DNA of 64,000 nt from Felis catus (lineage: Eukaryota). Shown here piece by piece: positions 1 through 13,350 of the stretch (position 1 is the first letter of the stretch; each line of letters starts with the position of its first letter). Where the stretch lies: contig NC_058371.1 of NCBI RefSeq assembly GCF_018350175.1, forward strand, positions 31,496,001 through 31,560,000. Reading direction: 5' to 3'. Under the pieces are notes generated by a model. The model had not been told where the DNA came from, searched no databases, and saw only the letters and a list, made by a program, of their open reading frames with translations. Position numbers and translations under genes: made by a program.

Positions 1-1259
1 CAACTGTACTGACAACCTTCTAGTCTTGGAGTTTAATTCAAGCCACCTGGGGGTGCTGGACGCTGCCCGGGCTCAGTGGCTCGGGACATCCCAACCCTTC
101 TCTCTGGCCAGGCAACAGTTGCTATGGTGACACTCTCGCCTGATGTGGATTCGATTCAGTTTAAGTATGGAAAGCTAAACCCTTTAAGACTCTGTATTCT
201 CAAAAGCGAGAAAGGTCAAGGGCTACTTCTTTTCTTTTAGGTGGAAACTTTGTGCCAGAAAGAATCTTAGGATATCTAGTCCAATACCCTCATGTGATTT
301 TTTTTTTTTTTTTAACGGAGACTCATGAAATTTAAGTAATTCCCCAAGGTCATATGGCTAATGCGAGGAAGACACACTAAACCCAAGACTCCAGAGTTTC
401 ATTCTGGGCGTTTTCGGCCGTATTCACGGATACCTACCGTATCCGCACCTAGAGACTTCCCTCCTGCTATTTTACCCACAGCGGTACTCCTGGGCTTAGA
501 AGTCTCAGAACCCGAAAGCAACAGACGCTCCCCTGACAGTTAAGATCCCATGAAGCCAAGAGGTCACCCTAGGAGTCTAGTCTCTAGCCAAGCTCAAGAA
601 GACCCCAGAAGATGAAGTGACTTGGCATTAGCACCTGAACTCCCAAGGTCCCTGTGGACAGAAGGGTCCCAAAGGCACCCTGAGGTAGTCCGGGTTCTTC
701 CAGCCTGCCTGGGAATCCTCCAGGGCCCAACCCCTGGAATCCTACTCCCTGAAATAGTCCCCTGGCATGAAAAAGACCTTTCAGGTTGTCCCAGAGCCTC
801 CTCACCCTCAAGTCTATCCTGATCCTCGTGGGTTTGCAGGAAGAGTCCCCCACTCGGCATCCTGGGCACCTCCTCCCCCCGCCCATGACGGTCCAGAATC
901 CTCACTGGGACAGGCGTTCTTATCCTCTGAGAGCAAATCAGTCCCATGGCCTCAACTGTCCAACCTGGCTGGGCGCAGTTCCCTCGAACCAGTAAGCTGT
1001 GTGCAGTTGTCACACAGGAACCGGTCCCCCTGGTGAGGCTCCGTCCGGTTCTCCCATCAATGAAAGCTTCTGTTGCCACGCTGGGTTTGGCTGCCTCCAG
1101 TGGGCACCAGCTGCAGCCCCACCGTCTCTCCTCGCAGGCATGGAGGAGAGGCACAGAGGGGTCTGCAAGCGCTATTCACAGAGCTCTCCTTCAGAGAGCT
1201 GTGCCGGCTCGTGTACCGAAATGGAAATATCCCCGGAGGTGCCGGTCAGCATAACCTAC

Positions 1260-1424
1260 CGTGGTCCTTCACCAGGGCCTCTATCTCCTCCTGGATGCCC
1301 TTATGCCACTCCGTGATGTCCACGTGCAGAGAGTAGTCACAGCAGGACTTGCTGTCAGCCCACTCCCTCCACTGGTCGAAGGCTGCCAGCAGGCTTGTCC
1401 CGGGCTCGGGCACGACATGGTCAA
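1260..1424 (-). CDS. DPYSL2: DPYSL2 exon 4, (I)[54 protein letters not shown](G) (165 nt)
   Basis: Contained in ORF 1246..1455. Acceptor ttcttttctag|TT GAC and donor CAC G|[17 protein letters not shown] and KGIQEE..LVKDHG distinguish CRMP2 from the CRMP1/CRMP4 paralogues. The gene continues beyond the left edge of the window. Confidence 0.97.
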
Positions 1425-3825
1425 CTAGAAAAGAACAAACATTTGTCGTCATCAACAGAAGGCTCGAGGGCCACGGGTCAGCAGCAGTTTTCCCGTCTCA
1501 ACCTTGCATAAGGCTTCTTGGGTCCACAACCGAGATGGTGATCTCTACAACCAGCTCCTAAGAATCCACTGAAACCAACGGACTCCCCAAGAGGGAGAAA
1601 GCAGAAAGCAGAAACCTTGGCATGGCACAATTACTCCCACGAAACCACGCATGAACTGCCCGGATCTGATTGCCCGGCTCAGAGCCCCTGAAAGCAGGTA
1701 CCTCGGGACATCTCACGGACAATGAGTCCTTACGGACAATGGCAGTGTCAGATGGCCGGCCGGAGCTGCCAAACCTTTCCGTGTGGCGATAGCTGGCTGT
1801 GAGGCGCCCCCCACCAGACGGCAAGGAACTCGAAGATGCTGGACCCTCGCCACGCAGGCTGAGGCTTTCAAAGCTTCCCCAGCGTATCCGATCTCTCGTC
1901 GGCGCTCATATTTCTGCAGCATAATACCACTTTGTAATGTAAGGGAGATCTTTTCGTCTTAAGAGTTCAAAGCGTCTTTTAAAACAGTGGTTATTGTTAT
2001 ATAGTTATTGAGTTGGGCTGAGATGGAAGAAGGGGGGCTCTGGACTCCAGGTGAACTGAGTTTGTCTCCTGGCTCCACTACCTGCCAGCAACGTGCTCTT
2101 AGGGAAGCTACTCAATCGCCACTACCCTAAATTTCTGTGCTGGTTTAAAATGGGGATATTAACTGCTGCACACGTTTGTTGTGAGGATTAAAGGAGACAG
2201 CCTATCTATCGATCTTTTGTCATTCCCCTATTTAAATCTTCTAGTGGTCTCCCCTTAAGATAAAGATTAAAGTCCCCAACAAGGTCTGCAAGATTCTGCC
2301 CAGCCTGGCCCTTGCCCCCTCTAACAACATCACTCTGGATCAACTTCCCTTTGCACTCTGGTCTCCTCCAACCGCATGGGCTACCTTTCAGTTCCTGCTC
2401 CCTTCTGCCACAGGGCCTTTGCACAGGTAGTAATATCTCTAAGTCTCAGACAGCTCTCGCCCAGTTACCTTGATGAAAAGAGGGTTACCAGAACAATTAT
2501 TACCCATCTTCTGCACAGAGACACTAAAATATGCACTGCAATGACTTGTCCACGATCAAATCAAACTTGCGCAACAAAAAAAGACAAAACGCAGGCCTCT
2601 TGACCCCTAAAGCAATGAATCATTCTTCTAAATAAAATATTAGGTTTCCTACACCCAGGTAAGTAGTTCTCGGCTAAGAAAATGCCAGCCCAGGCAATGC
2701 CAGTGAGCTCATATTTCTGAAATGGATCAAATCTTGCAGACGCTGCTCAACCGTCATCAACCGAGCTTGGTTTTGTACGTCTCAAAAATGTGCACATCTG
2801 AGCTGAATTGTCTTTTGATGAAATGTCCTTTTTTTTCATCAGTAGCCGTGTATGTAATTAAGCGCCTAGCTGGTACTGTAATACGTTTAGTGTTATCTAA
2901 GGAAAGCAATGAGGATGTCACACTTGGGATGCAAGTCAGTTCCGTCTGTAAAATGCTAACAGAAACCCTGGCAAAACAGTTCCAATTTTCTTAAACTGTG
3001 CCCCACCCCGCACCCCGCAAAAAAGGAGGAGGAGGAAGAGGAGGAGGGGCAGGAGGAGGCAGAAGACAAGGAGGAGGAAAACAGAACTTTGCTGCAAATA
3101 CAGTTTGGGCAGAATCTCCCTAGTCACGCCCCTGGCTTCGTCGCTTGCCCCACTGAACCAGCCTGCACAGGCAGCCGGAGAGACGGATCTTGTCAAATCT
3201 TTCCCCAGATCCTGCCACTCTGCCGGTTAATCCTTCGGTGGCTGTCCAGCACCTTAGAGCCAAATTCAAACTCCCCCCTTGGTCCTGTGGATCCAGTCTC
3301 ATCTCTCCAACACTCTCTTGCCCCTCCCCCTGGCTCATCCCCGTCGGCCCCCTGCCATTACTTGAGCTGCCCAACTCCACCCGACCTCCGGAACTTTCCA
3401 CCAGCTGTCTTCTCTCTCTGGACACCCATTCTCTTGGCTCTTTGCTTGGGCATCCCTGCCTCCCCCTCACTGGCTGAAGGTCACCATCCCAGCGTGACAC
3501 CCTCATCCGCAGTATTTCTGCATCCATCCCCCCTAGTTTGCTATCTGACTCCCCCACGAGGATGTAAACTCCCTCGGAGGAGGGACTGAGTGCCTGGATC
3601 GAGGAAGTGCTCAACAAACATTTTCAATAAATGAATACATGTTCCCTTCCAGCTCGCATGCCTCCCTGCAAGATCAGGTCAAGCACCAAAGGAGGTGCTC
3701 TCCTGGGAACGTGACCAGATTTTCCGGCTCAGCCTCAAGCATATGTAAGGAGGTCTGGTGCTAAGCTACTCAAACCGGAGTGTGTTTAAGAACTCTCTTG
3801 AGAGCTTATTAAAACACAGGTTCCT

Positions 3826-4062
3826 GGGGCGCCTGGGTGGCGCAGTCGGTTAAGCGTCCGACTTCAGCCAGGTCACGATCTCGCGGTCCGTGAGTTCGAG
3901 CCCCGCGTCAGGCTCTGGGCTGATGGCTCAGAGCCTGGAGCCTGTTTCCGATTCTGTGTCTCCCTCTCTCTCTCTGCCCCTCCCCCGTTCATGCTCTGTC
4001 TCTCTCTGTCCCCAAAATAAATAAACGTTGAAAAAAAAAATTAAAAAAAAAAAAAAAAAAAC
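3826..4062 (+). mobile_element. CAN-SINE (young SINEC_Fc-type), full length
   Basis: GGGGCGCCTGGGTGGCGCAGTCGGTTAAG head with tRNA A/B boxes, CT-rich body, AATAAA and poly-A. TSD AACACAGGTTCCTGG. Confidence 0.95.
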
Positions 4063-4131
4063 AACACAGGTTCCTGGACATCCCCAGAGTTTCAGATTCT
4101 GTAGGTCTGGGCTGGAACCCGAGAATTTGCA

Positions 4132-4326
4132 TTTTCTTAAAGCTTATTTATTTTGAGAGAGAGAGAGTTGGGAAGGGGCAGAGAGAGAGGAAGAGAGACA
4201 GAATCCCAAGTAGGCTCTGCACTGGAAGCGAGGAGCCTGATGTGGGGCTCGAACTCACGAACCATGAGTTCCTGCATGCCCTGAGCCTAAGTCAGACACT
4301 TAACCGACTGAGCCACCCAGGCGCCC
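4132..4326 (-). mobile_element. CAN-SINE (older)
   Basis: Ends in GAGCCACCCAGGCGCCC. GA-rich body and T-rich tail. Confidence 0.9.
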
Positions 4327-5349
4327 TGAGAATCTGGTTTTTAATCATCTCTCTTGGAGCTGCTGGGTCTGCCTTGGATCACTGAGTGCAAACCTTTTCC
4401 CATTTTCTTCTCCAAGCACCTGAACTCACTCATGCCCATCTTTACCCCGTTTTACTACACAACAGCATTGCCACTTACAAAAAAACATCAGGTTCCCTGG
4501 CTGGAATAATACCGTAGCCTCCCTCCATGTCCAAAAAACAGCTCCTAGGGTTACGAACTCTTGAAAACTCAGGATACAGACAAAGCTGAGAGCTCCAGGG
4601 AAATAAACATGTTTCCTCTAAAAACGAATGACACTCAGAAACGTGTCCATGGAAAGCCTCCTCATGTTTTCCCACGGTCCTTTCCCTAGGAGCTCTCTCC
4701 TAGGAAGAGCTGCCCCAGGGCACAGGGCAGAATGTCATCCTCACTTCCGGAGGGAGCAGAGATGACCCACTGGAAGACACAAGCCTGCAAAGGATTTGCC
4801 TGGAACTCTCAGGCCTTGTCCCCGGTGATTTCCCTAAGCTGTCCCTGCAAGAGCCTGCTGGCTTTTGCCTCGCAGCTGACTTTTTCCCCTTGTGTAAGAC
4901 GTGAGGGGGAGCTCATCAACCCAGCCCTCCACCAGGAGGTGAAAAGAGAATGACCCTGGGATCCAAGAGCTCTGGGCTCCGTCCCGGTTCTGGTGGCACC
5001 TCTGCCCTGCTGTGTACACTCCACGGGAGCTCGATTTCTGCATATACAAAACAGGGGCACGAAAGTACACGCCGTGCAGGGCTGCAGGAGGGTGAAGGAA
5101 GCATGGATGAAAGCACCTGGAAAAATGTCTGGCACGCACTGAGTTTTCACCCCCCAGGGACGAACACTCAGAAACACCCTGTGGTTTCCGTGGGAGGCCC
5201 ATGAATCTGGTTTATGAGAGAGCCAAGAACATGCCCCGGGGCAGTGGCCTGAACTCAGAACTTACAACCAGCAGCCGAAGTGCTCGCATCTGCAAGACAC
5301 CAGCCGTTTTCAAAGGATGATTTTTACTTCGCTTAAAACCTAAGACCCG

Positions 5350-5685
5350 ACATTTTTTTAGCAGCTTTACTGAAATGTGATTCACATACTGTGCAATTCA
5401 CCCATGTAAGCCGTGCAACTCAGCAGTGGGCTAGTCACAGAGCTGTGCAACCATCACCAGCCTCGAATTGGAAAACCCCGTTCCCATCTGCCGCCCTTCC
5501 CCATTCCCAGCCCCAGGCAACCACTAATCTGCTTTGTGTCTCTGTAGATTGGCCCTTTTCGGACATTTCGTGTCAATGGAATCATACAGCATGTGGTCTT
5601 TTGGGTCTGGCTTCTTTCACTCAGCAGGTCTCCAAGGTTCATTCCTGGGGGAGCATGTATCAATACTTCATTCCTTTTTGCCTTG
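5350..5685 (-). mobile_element. Ancient L1M (L1MB-like) 3' end fragment
   Basis: Typical phrases CCCCAGGCAACCACTAATCTGCTTTGTGTCTCTGTAGATT and ATGGAATCATACAGCATGTGGTCTTT. Confidence 0.75.
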
Positions 5686-5711
5686 AGTGGTTTTGGTATC
5701 TTATTTTACTG

Positions 5712-5936
5712 TTTTTAATTTAATTTTTTTTTTTTTTTTTTGAGAAAGACAGAGCATGAGCAAGGGAGAGGAGCAGAGGGAGAAAGGGGAGGGGGGCAGG
5801 AGAGAACCTTAAGCAGGCTCCACGCTAAGTGTGGAGCCTGACATGGGGCTCGATCCCACAATCCTGGGACCAGGGATTACGACCTGAGCTGAAAGTAAGA
5901 GGCAGTCAGTCAACTAACTAAGCCACCCAGGCACCC
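5712..5936 (-). mobile_element. CAN-SINE
   Basis: Poly-T tail and AGCCACCCAGGCACCC end. Degenerate TSD TGGTATC..ATTTT. Confidence 0.9.
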
Positions 5937-7792
5937 TGGTATCCCATTTTTATGTTTACTGGATATTGGCAAGGTGTTATACAACACGGTAAAGGAGCTG
6001 GACCTTGAAATTCAAATACAGAACTCCTCTGGAGTTTGCAGTGTTTAAAAGACCCTATTTTATTTTTAGCTTCTTACTTTGAGGTAATTGTAGATTCACC
6101 TGGAGTTGTAAGAGATCCTCAGAGCCTCCGCCCAGTGTCCCCCAGGGGTAACATCTTGCTTAACTTCAACACAACATGACAACCAGGAAGTCCACATTGA
6201 CACAATCCAAGACCCCAAGTTTTCCAAAGGACAGCAGTTGGGGCTTCTGATCAGCTCCAGGGGGGCAGCAATATCGAAAACACACAGACATACCACCGCT
6301 GGCCCTGTTCAGGGAATTAAAGTGGCTGAGCAGGAACCACCTCCCAAAAGTCCGCAGGGGGTAAGCAGGTGGAGCGGAGAGAAGAGGGGGACCCCAGCTG
6401 GGGCCCCCTCTGGCTCCAGCCTCTCTGAAGCCTCACCCACAGTCGCACGGAGGCCCACCTCTAGACACCCCGCTTGGTCAGTACACACGGCACCCTGCAC
6501 CCCGCACGCCAGCGGTATTTACTCTATCGGAATTGCCCATCTCCTGCCTCGCATTCCAGAATCATCCTGACTCATTCTCTAGTCCCTGCACTTAGCTGCA
6601 TGTGCGTCTGCCTCTCCCTTTCTCATCCCAGATGAATCAGGGGACTTGAATTAAAAGCAAGCCATCAGGGAGACGACGACACAAACCACTGCTGGCTCAT
6701 CTCTGTGGCATCGAGCTGGCATCTACTCAGCAAAATGCCGGGCGACCTATTCAGCAGAGAATGCCTTTTGCTGGCGGAGAGATGAGAGCCTTTGGGAGCC
6801 CCCGGGTGCGCCAGCTAGGAGAACACGGTTTTATTCTTGGGGGGATAAAAAAAAGCAGAAAGGGAAGAGAAAGCACCTGTCCCTGGAAGCGTCAGGGGTG
6901 CCCAGAGGAGAGGTAGTGGAGGAAAGACCAGGGTCAGACCCCCCGAGTGCCTGGCCCGCTCTGCCCCTTACTCATCGGTGTGGCTCTCTTCACGACACTC
7001 CTCTTCTCTGGGCTTCAGATCCCTCCTCTATGGAGCCCATACTAGTACCTAACGCCCAGGGTTCCAGAGAGGTGTAAGCGAGCTGCCATGGGAACTCCCG
7101 GGACGAATGCCTGCTACAGAGCCGCGCCCAATAAACACCAGCAGGAAGACAGTTACATGCTCCTCTATAAGGAAAACTACCACACGTAAACCCCTTGTGA
7201 AGTATTTCCGTGCCTCTAATGCACATGCGGACAGGGCTCCCTACTTGCCTGCACAAATACACTTGCTTCTCCGACAGTGCAAAGAAGCATTCTCCTACGG
7301 GCTGAACTACCTAGAAGGTCTGTGCCTGATTTTCTTATCTACAAGCTGGTGACGATAACACAGCTGGAGTGCTCAGTAAGATGGGGTTCATAAAACAACA
7401 AAGTGCTCTTCCAATATGAGCACCGTCATTCACTTCCTCTTCCCTGCGTCCCCCAAAGCATCCAGCAGGAGGTCCAGCATACAAAAGACTCTCAATAGGC
7501 ACAGGAGAGACCAAACATCATACACTCCTCTGGCAAGAAAGGCCTTGGCCAACTCAGTACTGGAGCACTGAGAAACCCCTTCCTCTGAGGGGCCCAGCCA
7601 TGCAATCTGAGAATCCCCAGCATTCCCTGGAAAAGTCCTAGGCACACACAGCTCTCCTGTCGTCTGCCAGAAAGACTCACTATGGCTGGTTTTTAAATCC
7701 CAGCCTTCCTGAATGCCGGGCAAGGGGACCCGCCAAAGTGACTACCTTTAACGTAAGTATAATCCACATACTTCAGAATGGGAGTATTAGTA

Positions 7793-8005
7793 GGAGTGCC
7801 TGGGTGGCTCAGTTGGTTAAGCGTCCGACTCTTAATTTCAGCTCAGGTCATGACCATGGTTCGTCAGTTCAAGCCCTACATCGGGCTCTACACTGACAGC
7901 AAGGAGCCTGCTTGGGATTCTCTCTCCCTCTCTCTCTGCCCCCTTCCCCGCTCATGCTCTCTCGTGCGCTCCCTCTCTCTCAAAATAAATAAATAAGCTT
8001 AAAAA
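7793..8005 (+). mobile_element. CAN-SINE
   Basis: GTGCCTGGGTGGCTCAGTTGGTTAAG head. TSD ATGGGAGTA(T/A)TAGTA. Confidence 0.92.
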
Positions 8006-10611
8006 CATGGGAGTAATAGTAAAAATAATTAACACTTATCAGACACTTCCTATGTCTGGTACGATTTCATCCATCTTTCGTGGTTTACCTCGTTGACTCC
8101 TTACATCAGCCCCCTTAAGGTCGGAGCCAGTGGTGGCCCCAGTTTTCAGTTGGAGAAGCAGAGAATAGTGGGGTTACGTGACTTGTTCATGTTACTTAAA
8201 TCGCAGAGATGTATACAGAAGGTCTGCAACATTCAGACCATCTGTGCTTCGGCCAAGCAAGGCCCTGGGAAGAACTCTGGAAGGTGGTCAATAATGTGGT
8301 CTTAGCCGGTACAACTGTTGGCTGGCAGAGGTGACCCCAGGACGTTTGACTCCAGAGCCCCTACTCTTAACTGCCTCTGCTCAAGAGTGGACAGGGAGGT
8401 GTGGATCTCTGAGAAGTAAAATGCAGTCTTAGCCCTTTAATATTTTATAACTACAGCATGTAGTTCAGTAATTCAATTAACAGAAAACTGCATCATCAGC
8501 CTGACATGTGCAGGAATATAAACTCATGCCCCTCACTGCCTGAACCTGGAGGCACCTGAAGAATTCCCTTATTTCTCTCTTGGCCAAACTCTCTTTCGTG
8601 AAATCTTGCTTTTAAAACAAAGCAAATATATTCACATAAACCAAGCTCAGCCATGATTAATTGTTCGGCATCCAGCGATCACTGCTAGAATCATTAAGCC
8701 AGAGGCCGGAGGGAATAAGGGCCGAAGCAAGATCCAGTAAAAAATATTTATAAAACAAGCAAACAACCTCTTACGTGATCTGATGATCGGCCAGCTTCAG
8801 AGGGAACAGAGACAGAGGATACAGACCATACCCTTAAAATGGTTAAAGTCTAGTTTGGAAGAAAAAGTACATTGCAGGGTGCACGGAGGAAATGACCTTG
8901 CTCGACCCTCCTGCCTACTACACATTCCCACCCTTGCCTTCCCACCAAGCTCTGGAAAGAGCGGAATGCTGTTGATGCCCCATGCTGTCACCTCCCATTC
9001 GCTTCTGCACGGCTCCACTGAGCCAATACCCCCCGAGCGAGCTCTCAATTCCTCTCATCCCCTGGGGACCACCACGGCCTTCCACGACCTTGGGGCGTGA
9101 CTGTCCGCAGCGGCCTGCTGCCCCGTGCCCGCCCCAGCTTCCGGACAGCGCTCCGCGCGTCTGCTGCTGCTTCTCTGAATAGTCGTCCCCTGGTTCCTCT
9201 TTTGCCCCAGCATTTTCAATGCTGCTGTCCCCGGGAGCTCTGTCCTACTTCATTAAATTCCACTCACATTTCTGACATTTATTCAAAAGGTCCTGAGCCG
9301 GGCATCTGAACAGCAGACCCTTCTCCAGCTGGCCTGCACGGGGCCTCCGATTTCTTGCTCTTGTCTCTTTTCCTCTCTCATTCCCCCCAGCCGTGTCCTC
9401 TCTTTCCTCCCCCACCCCCACCCCACCCCCATCTCCTTCCTCCTCCTTCCTCCGCTTCCTGCAGTCGTCCTGGGGCTCAATATTCGGCGGGCGATGGATG
9501 TGGGGACTGGGACTCTGTTCACTCTCAGGCAAATCCCGGGATAAGCAACTGGGAGCAGCAGCCTGTGGTCTACGAGCTACAGCACCCGGAGGCAAGAGTT
9601 TCACTTGCAGGGTTCCTTCTGCCACATGAAGGAAGCAGCGGGTGGGTACCAGGAGCTTCCCACACCTGCAGTCCACGCCTCCTGCCCACGGATTTCCCTT
9701 CCTGTGGCCTATGCCCACCAGAATGAGACAGCCATTCCTTCCAGGCTGCCGGCAGATCACCCTGGGAGCCCAGGAGTCTGAGCTGGAGTCTGAGGGTGGG
9801 AAAGGAGAGGCAGGGAGCGAGGCACAGAAGGCCCAGCTTCCACACCCAGCGTTGTGCCTGAAGACGGTCCTGGGAAGACATCCTTAGCTTTCTTCCACTT
9901 TCCCCCTTTAATGCAGGCATAACCAGAGCTCCCCATGTTAGAGAAATATATCCACCCCTCTGGAAGTATTCTTCCAAGGGAATGGGACAATGGAACCATG
10001 GTACAACTTCGTATCACCGTTTGCATCATTTGATAGCAGTAATACAACCTCACATGGGCACAGCTTCCCAGCGATTTACAAGGTGCTACCACAAGCCTTA
10101 TCTCACTTGATGCTTACAGTAGAGAGGCAGACACGTTCACGATGCTGGCGCCACAGACGGGGGGCTGTGGCCAGGAGCCTTGCCTGCAGTCATGCAGACA
10201 CAAACTCACAGAGCTGGGGTCCAAACCCACTTTGTTTTACAGCCTTTACAGCCTTGACTAACCACCACCTTCTTGGTGTTTCTACGAACACCACTCACCT
10301 CAACTCTTCAAACCTAGGCTTTTTTTTAGTATCGAAAACACAGGCAGGTTCACTTAAGTGCACAGCTAATGACCTAGACACAGAAGGAAATGGCCAATGT
10401 GAGCCGGTGACAGTCAATTTGGGATGTCAGATAAAAAGCTTGTCAAAATGTCAGCACCTCATAAAACCCCTTTCTGTGAGGCTTGGGGTAGCCTGCAAAT
10501 GGCCTAGCATGCACATGGTATGTGAGATCAAAGGCCAGGCTAATGAAATCTGTGTGTGGGGACGAAGGGTCATTTATAATCTGTAAAACCTTTAAGAGTG
10601 GCAAACCACAT

Positions 10612-10828
10612 GGGGCGCCTGGGTGGCTCAGTTGGTTAAGCGTCCAACTTCGGCTCGGGTCATGATCTCACAGTTCGTGAGTTCGAGCCCAGTGTTGGGC
10701 TCTGTGCTGACAGCTCGGAGCCTGGAGCCTGCTTTGGATTCTGTCTCTCCCTCTCTCTCTGCCCCTCCCCCACTCATGCTGTCTCTCTTTGTCTTAAAAA
10801 TAAATAAAACATTTAAAAAAAAAAAAAA
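10612..10828 (+). mobile_element. CAN-SINE
   Basis: Full head, body and tail. TSD AAGAGTGGCAAA. Confidence 0.93.
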
Positions 10829-10979
10829 GAGTGGCAAATTACACAATGAGCAGAAATTGTCTCCCTGACTTAGAAAGAGCAGACAGGGAGTGACTGGGAG
10901 AGCCTGAGAGCCCATCGGTAGGCAGTATGGGGTCAACCTTCCCCGGAAAGGCCCATCAGAGTAGACCAGTGGCCTTGGG

Positions 10980-11020
10980 GAGCCCCACATCTGCTCTGGT
11001 GGTGTGGAGCCTGCTTGGAA

Positions 11021-11080
<60 letters not shown>

Positions 11081-11163
11081 GTCTCTCTCTCTCTGCCCCT
11101 ACCCTACTTGCTCTTTCTCTCTCTCTCCATCTCAAAATAAATAAATAAACTTTAAAAAAAAAA
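10980..11163 (+). mobile_element. 5'-truncated CAN-SINE with an expanded (CT)n microsatellite
   Basis: GTGGAGCCTGCTTGGAATT, then (CT)n at about 11025-11094, then CTCAAAATAAATAAATAAAC and poly-A. Confidence 0.85.
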
Positions 11164-12999
11164 GGAAAGAAAGGATGGCCCTAAGCTGTGTACTGCCTAC
11201 AGAGAAGGTTCCATCAAACCCTGAATGGTGAGAACAAATCTGCAGAAACACTGCTTAGCCACCAGGAATGCACAAAGAACTTGGATTGCTGACGCACAAG
11301 GATGCTTCCAAATGCCCATGAGCCTGTCTTGTTGATATAGGCAAGTCCAGCAGATTCGACATGAGGAGATCTTATTGGCTCAAATTAGGTTCAGATCCAG
11401 GACGCTTAGAAATTGTTCTGTCTTCTTACCAATGAGGAATCTGAGTCCCAGGGAAGCGTCAAGAGTTGCAAAAAGATACAGGAGATGTAGTAGTACCAGA
11501 ATTAATCCTAGGTCTGAATCCAAAAGCTTACTGTTTCCTTTCCTTTTTTGTATATATAAAAGGAGAAAATACTACCTATAATCCCACCATCCTAACAGTG
11601 ACCATGAGTCTTTTTCTGTGTCATCTTCTAGACCTGTCTTGTGCATATATTTTATATGGGGATAATCACAGCACACACTCACTTTTTTCTTAATACCGTT
11701 AATACCACGTTGTCTTACAGTCTTCATGGTTCAATTTTTATAAGCACTACTTGGTAGGGGAGGAGGGAAATCTGCTATAACTTTCTTAACCATTCCCCCG
11801 TGTTGAACCTACAGACTGCTTCCAGTCTTCCTCTATTACATAATGTTCTCGTGAACACATTCTCGCAAATACCTTTCTGCCTCTTCTAAGTGCTTTTCAC
11901 TGGAGAGGGTCCTAGAGCTGGGATGAACGATGGTTCTTCATACAGATGACCAGGTTGCATTCCAAAAGTGTCACCAGTTCACGCTGCCACCTAGCAACCC
12001 ATCGAGATGTCCCCCCAGCCAATGCTGGTATTTTCATTTTATTTGCTTACTATGTAAGGGGGATGAGAAACAAAGCTCTTTTCACTATACTAAGCCGTCT
12101 CTCTGTTTCAGATAAATGGCCACCTTCCAAGACCCAAATAGGGAACTGAGTAATACACGAGAGACCAGAACAACCAGCTGTACAAAGAAGTTACTGACGA
12201 TTTAACAAGAACATGATTAAATGGCCACGTCCACCATCTTAGCTCTGGTGCCCCCCAACCCTCCTTCCAGCTTTATCATGAGAGCCTAAGACAACTCCCA
12301 CTAAGGCTGTCTTGCTAAGCATCTGAGATGGAGACAGGAGATGGGAGGCAGAGCTGGAGACAGCCCAGGCCCCCAGACCCCAGGGGCCTAGAGAGAAGTC
12401 ACGCTTTGTCTCCACGTATGTTTGCCGAAAGACAGACCCTGAACAGGAAGCTCCATCCCCAAAGCACGATGATGAAATCGTGGCCCAGGGAGAAGGCAGG
12501 GAGAGCCAAAGGTGAAAATCCCAGCCAAATTCATTAGAATGCAAAGCTTCAAACTTCAGATCCATGGAGGATGTCTCCAAGAGATGTTGAAATCATTGGC
12601 TAAGAGTGGGAGAGGGTTCTGTTTCTTGTAAGTAGACAGGCATTCTGAGTCTGAAGAAAGGCCAAGGGTATGGCACCCCCTATCCCTGCACCAGCGGGAG
12701 AACCACAGGGTTGGCTTCAGGCTAGCGTTTTGATCCTGCAATTCCTCAGAGCATGGTGAAGTCCAGGGGAGTGACTCCTCCCTACACGGTTCCACAGGCC
12801 CTGCGGCTCGCAGGCTCTCAAATGCCCCGCTCAGACAACTGGCCCTCGGCAGCCCAAGCGGGGCTCTCGCTCATGAAGGAAATGTTAGGGAACCAGGAAA
12901 TGCAGTGTTGGGTGCGAGTGGTCTCTGATGCTGTTAAGCGTCCAGGCCGAATGTGCTGGAAACACGGTGTGATGGAAACCCACAGGCAGTGCACTGCTG

Positions 13000-13350
13000 A
13001 GGTACAGAGCTCACTTGTCTGGGGTTGAATCTCCGGCCCCGCCACTGACTAGTCCTAGGACCTCAGGCAAGTTATTTAACCGCCCCTCCCCAGTGCCTCC
13101 GTTTCCCCATCTGCAAAATAAGAACAGCAACAGTGACTACTTCCTAGAATAGGGGTAGAAGCGTGAACTCTGAGCTGGCACCCCAACTCTACTATCCACT
13201 AACTATATAACCTTAGCAGCCTTCCTCTTCTCTGGGCCTCAGTTTTCTTACTCGGAAGGAGATAATAACAGCACCCGCTCACAAGGCTGTTACGAAATGG
13301 TATTTGTAAAGGGGCTTATAACAGAGCTTGGCACAGTAGGTCTTACATAA
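13000..13350 (+). mobile_element. MIR fragments (two adjacent cores)
   Basis: GGCAAGTTATTTAAC..GTGCCTCCGTTTCCCCATCTGCAAAAT and CTCTGGGCCTCAGTTTTCTT core motifs. Confidence 0.7.

Larger units (their letters stand above)
3760..4385. mobile_element. MER5-like hAT-Charlie relic interrupted by two SINEs
   Basis: MER5A-like phrases (CTTATTAAAACACAG..CCCCAGAGTTTCAGATTCTGTAGGTCTGGG..CCGAGAATTTGCATTTT). Family recognised by eye. Confidence 0.65.

Noticed and set aside
3826-3905. tRNA-like A/B boxes (TGGCGCAGTCGG..GAGTTCGAGCC)
   Set aside because: This is the tRNA-derived head of a SINE followed by SINE body and poly-A, not a tRNA gene.
9990-10586. 198-aa ORF (also 20569..21234 and 53994..54548)
   Set aside because: No recognisable homology or splice context. 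They overlap MIR/L2-like or low-complexity intronic DNA, at lengths expected by chance.
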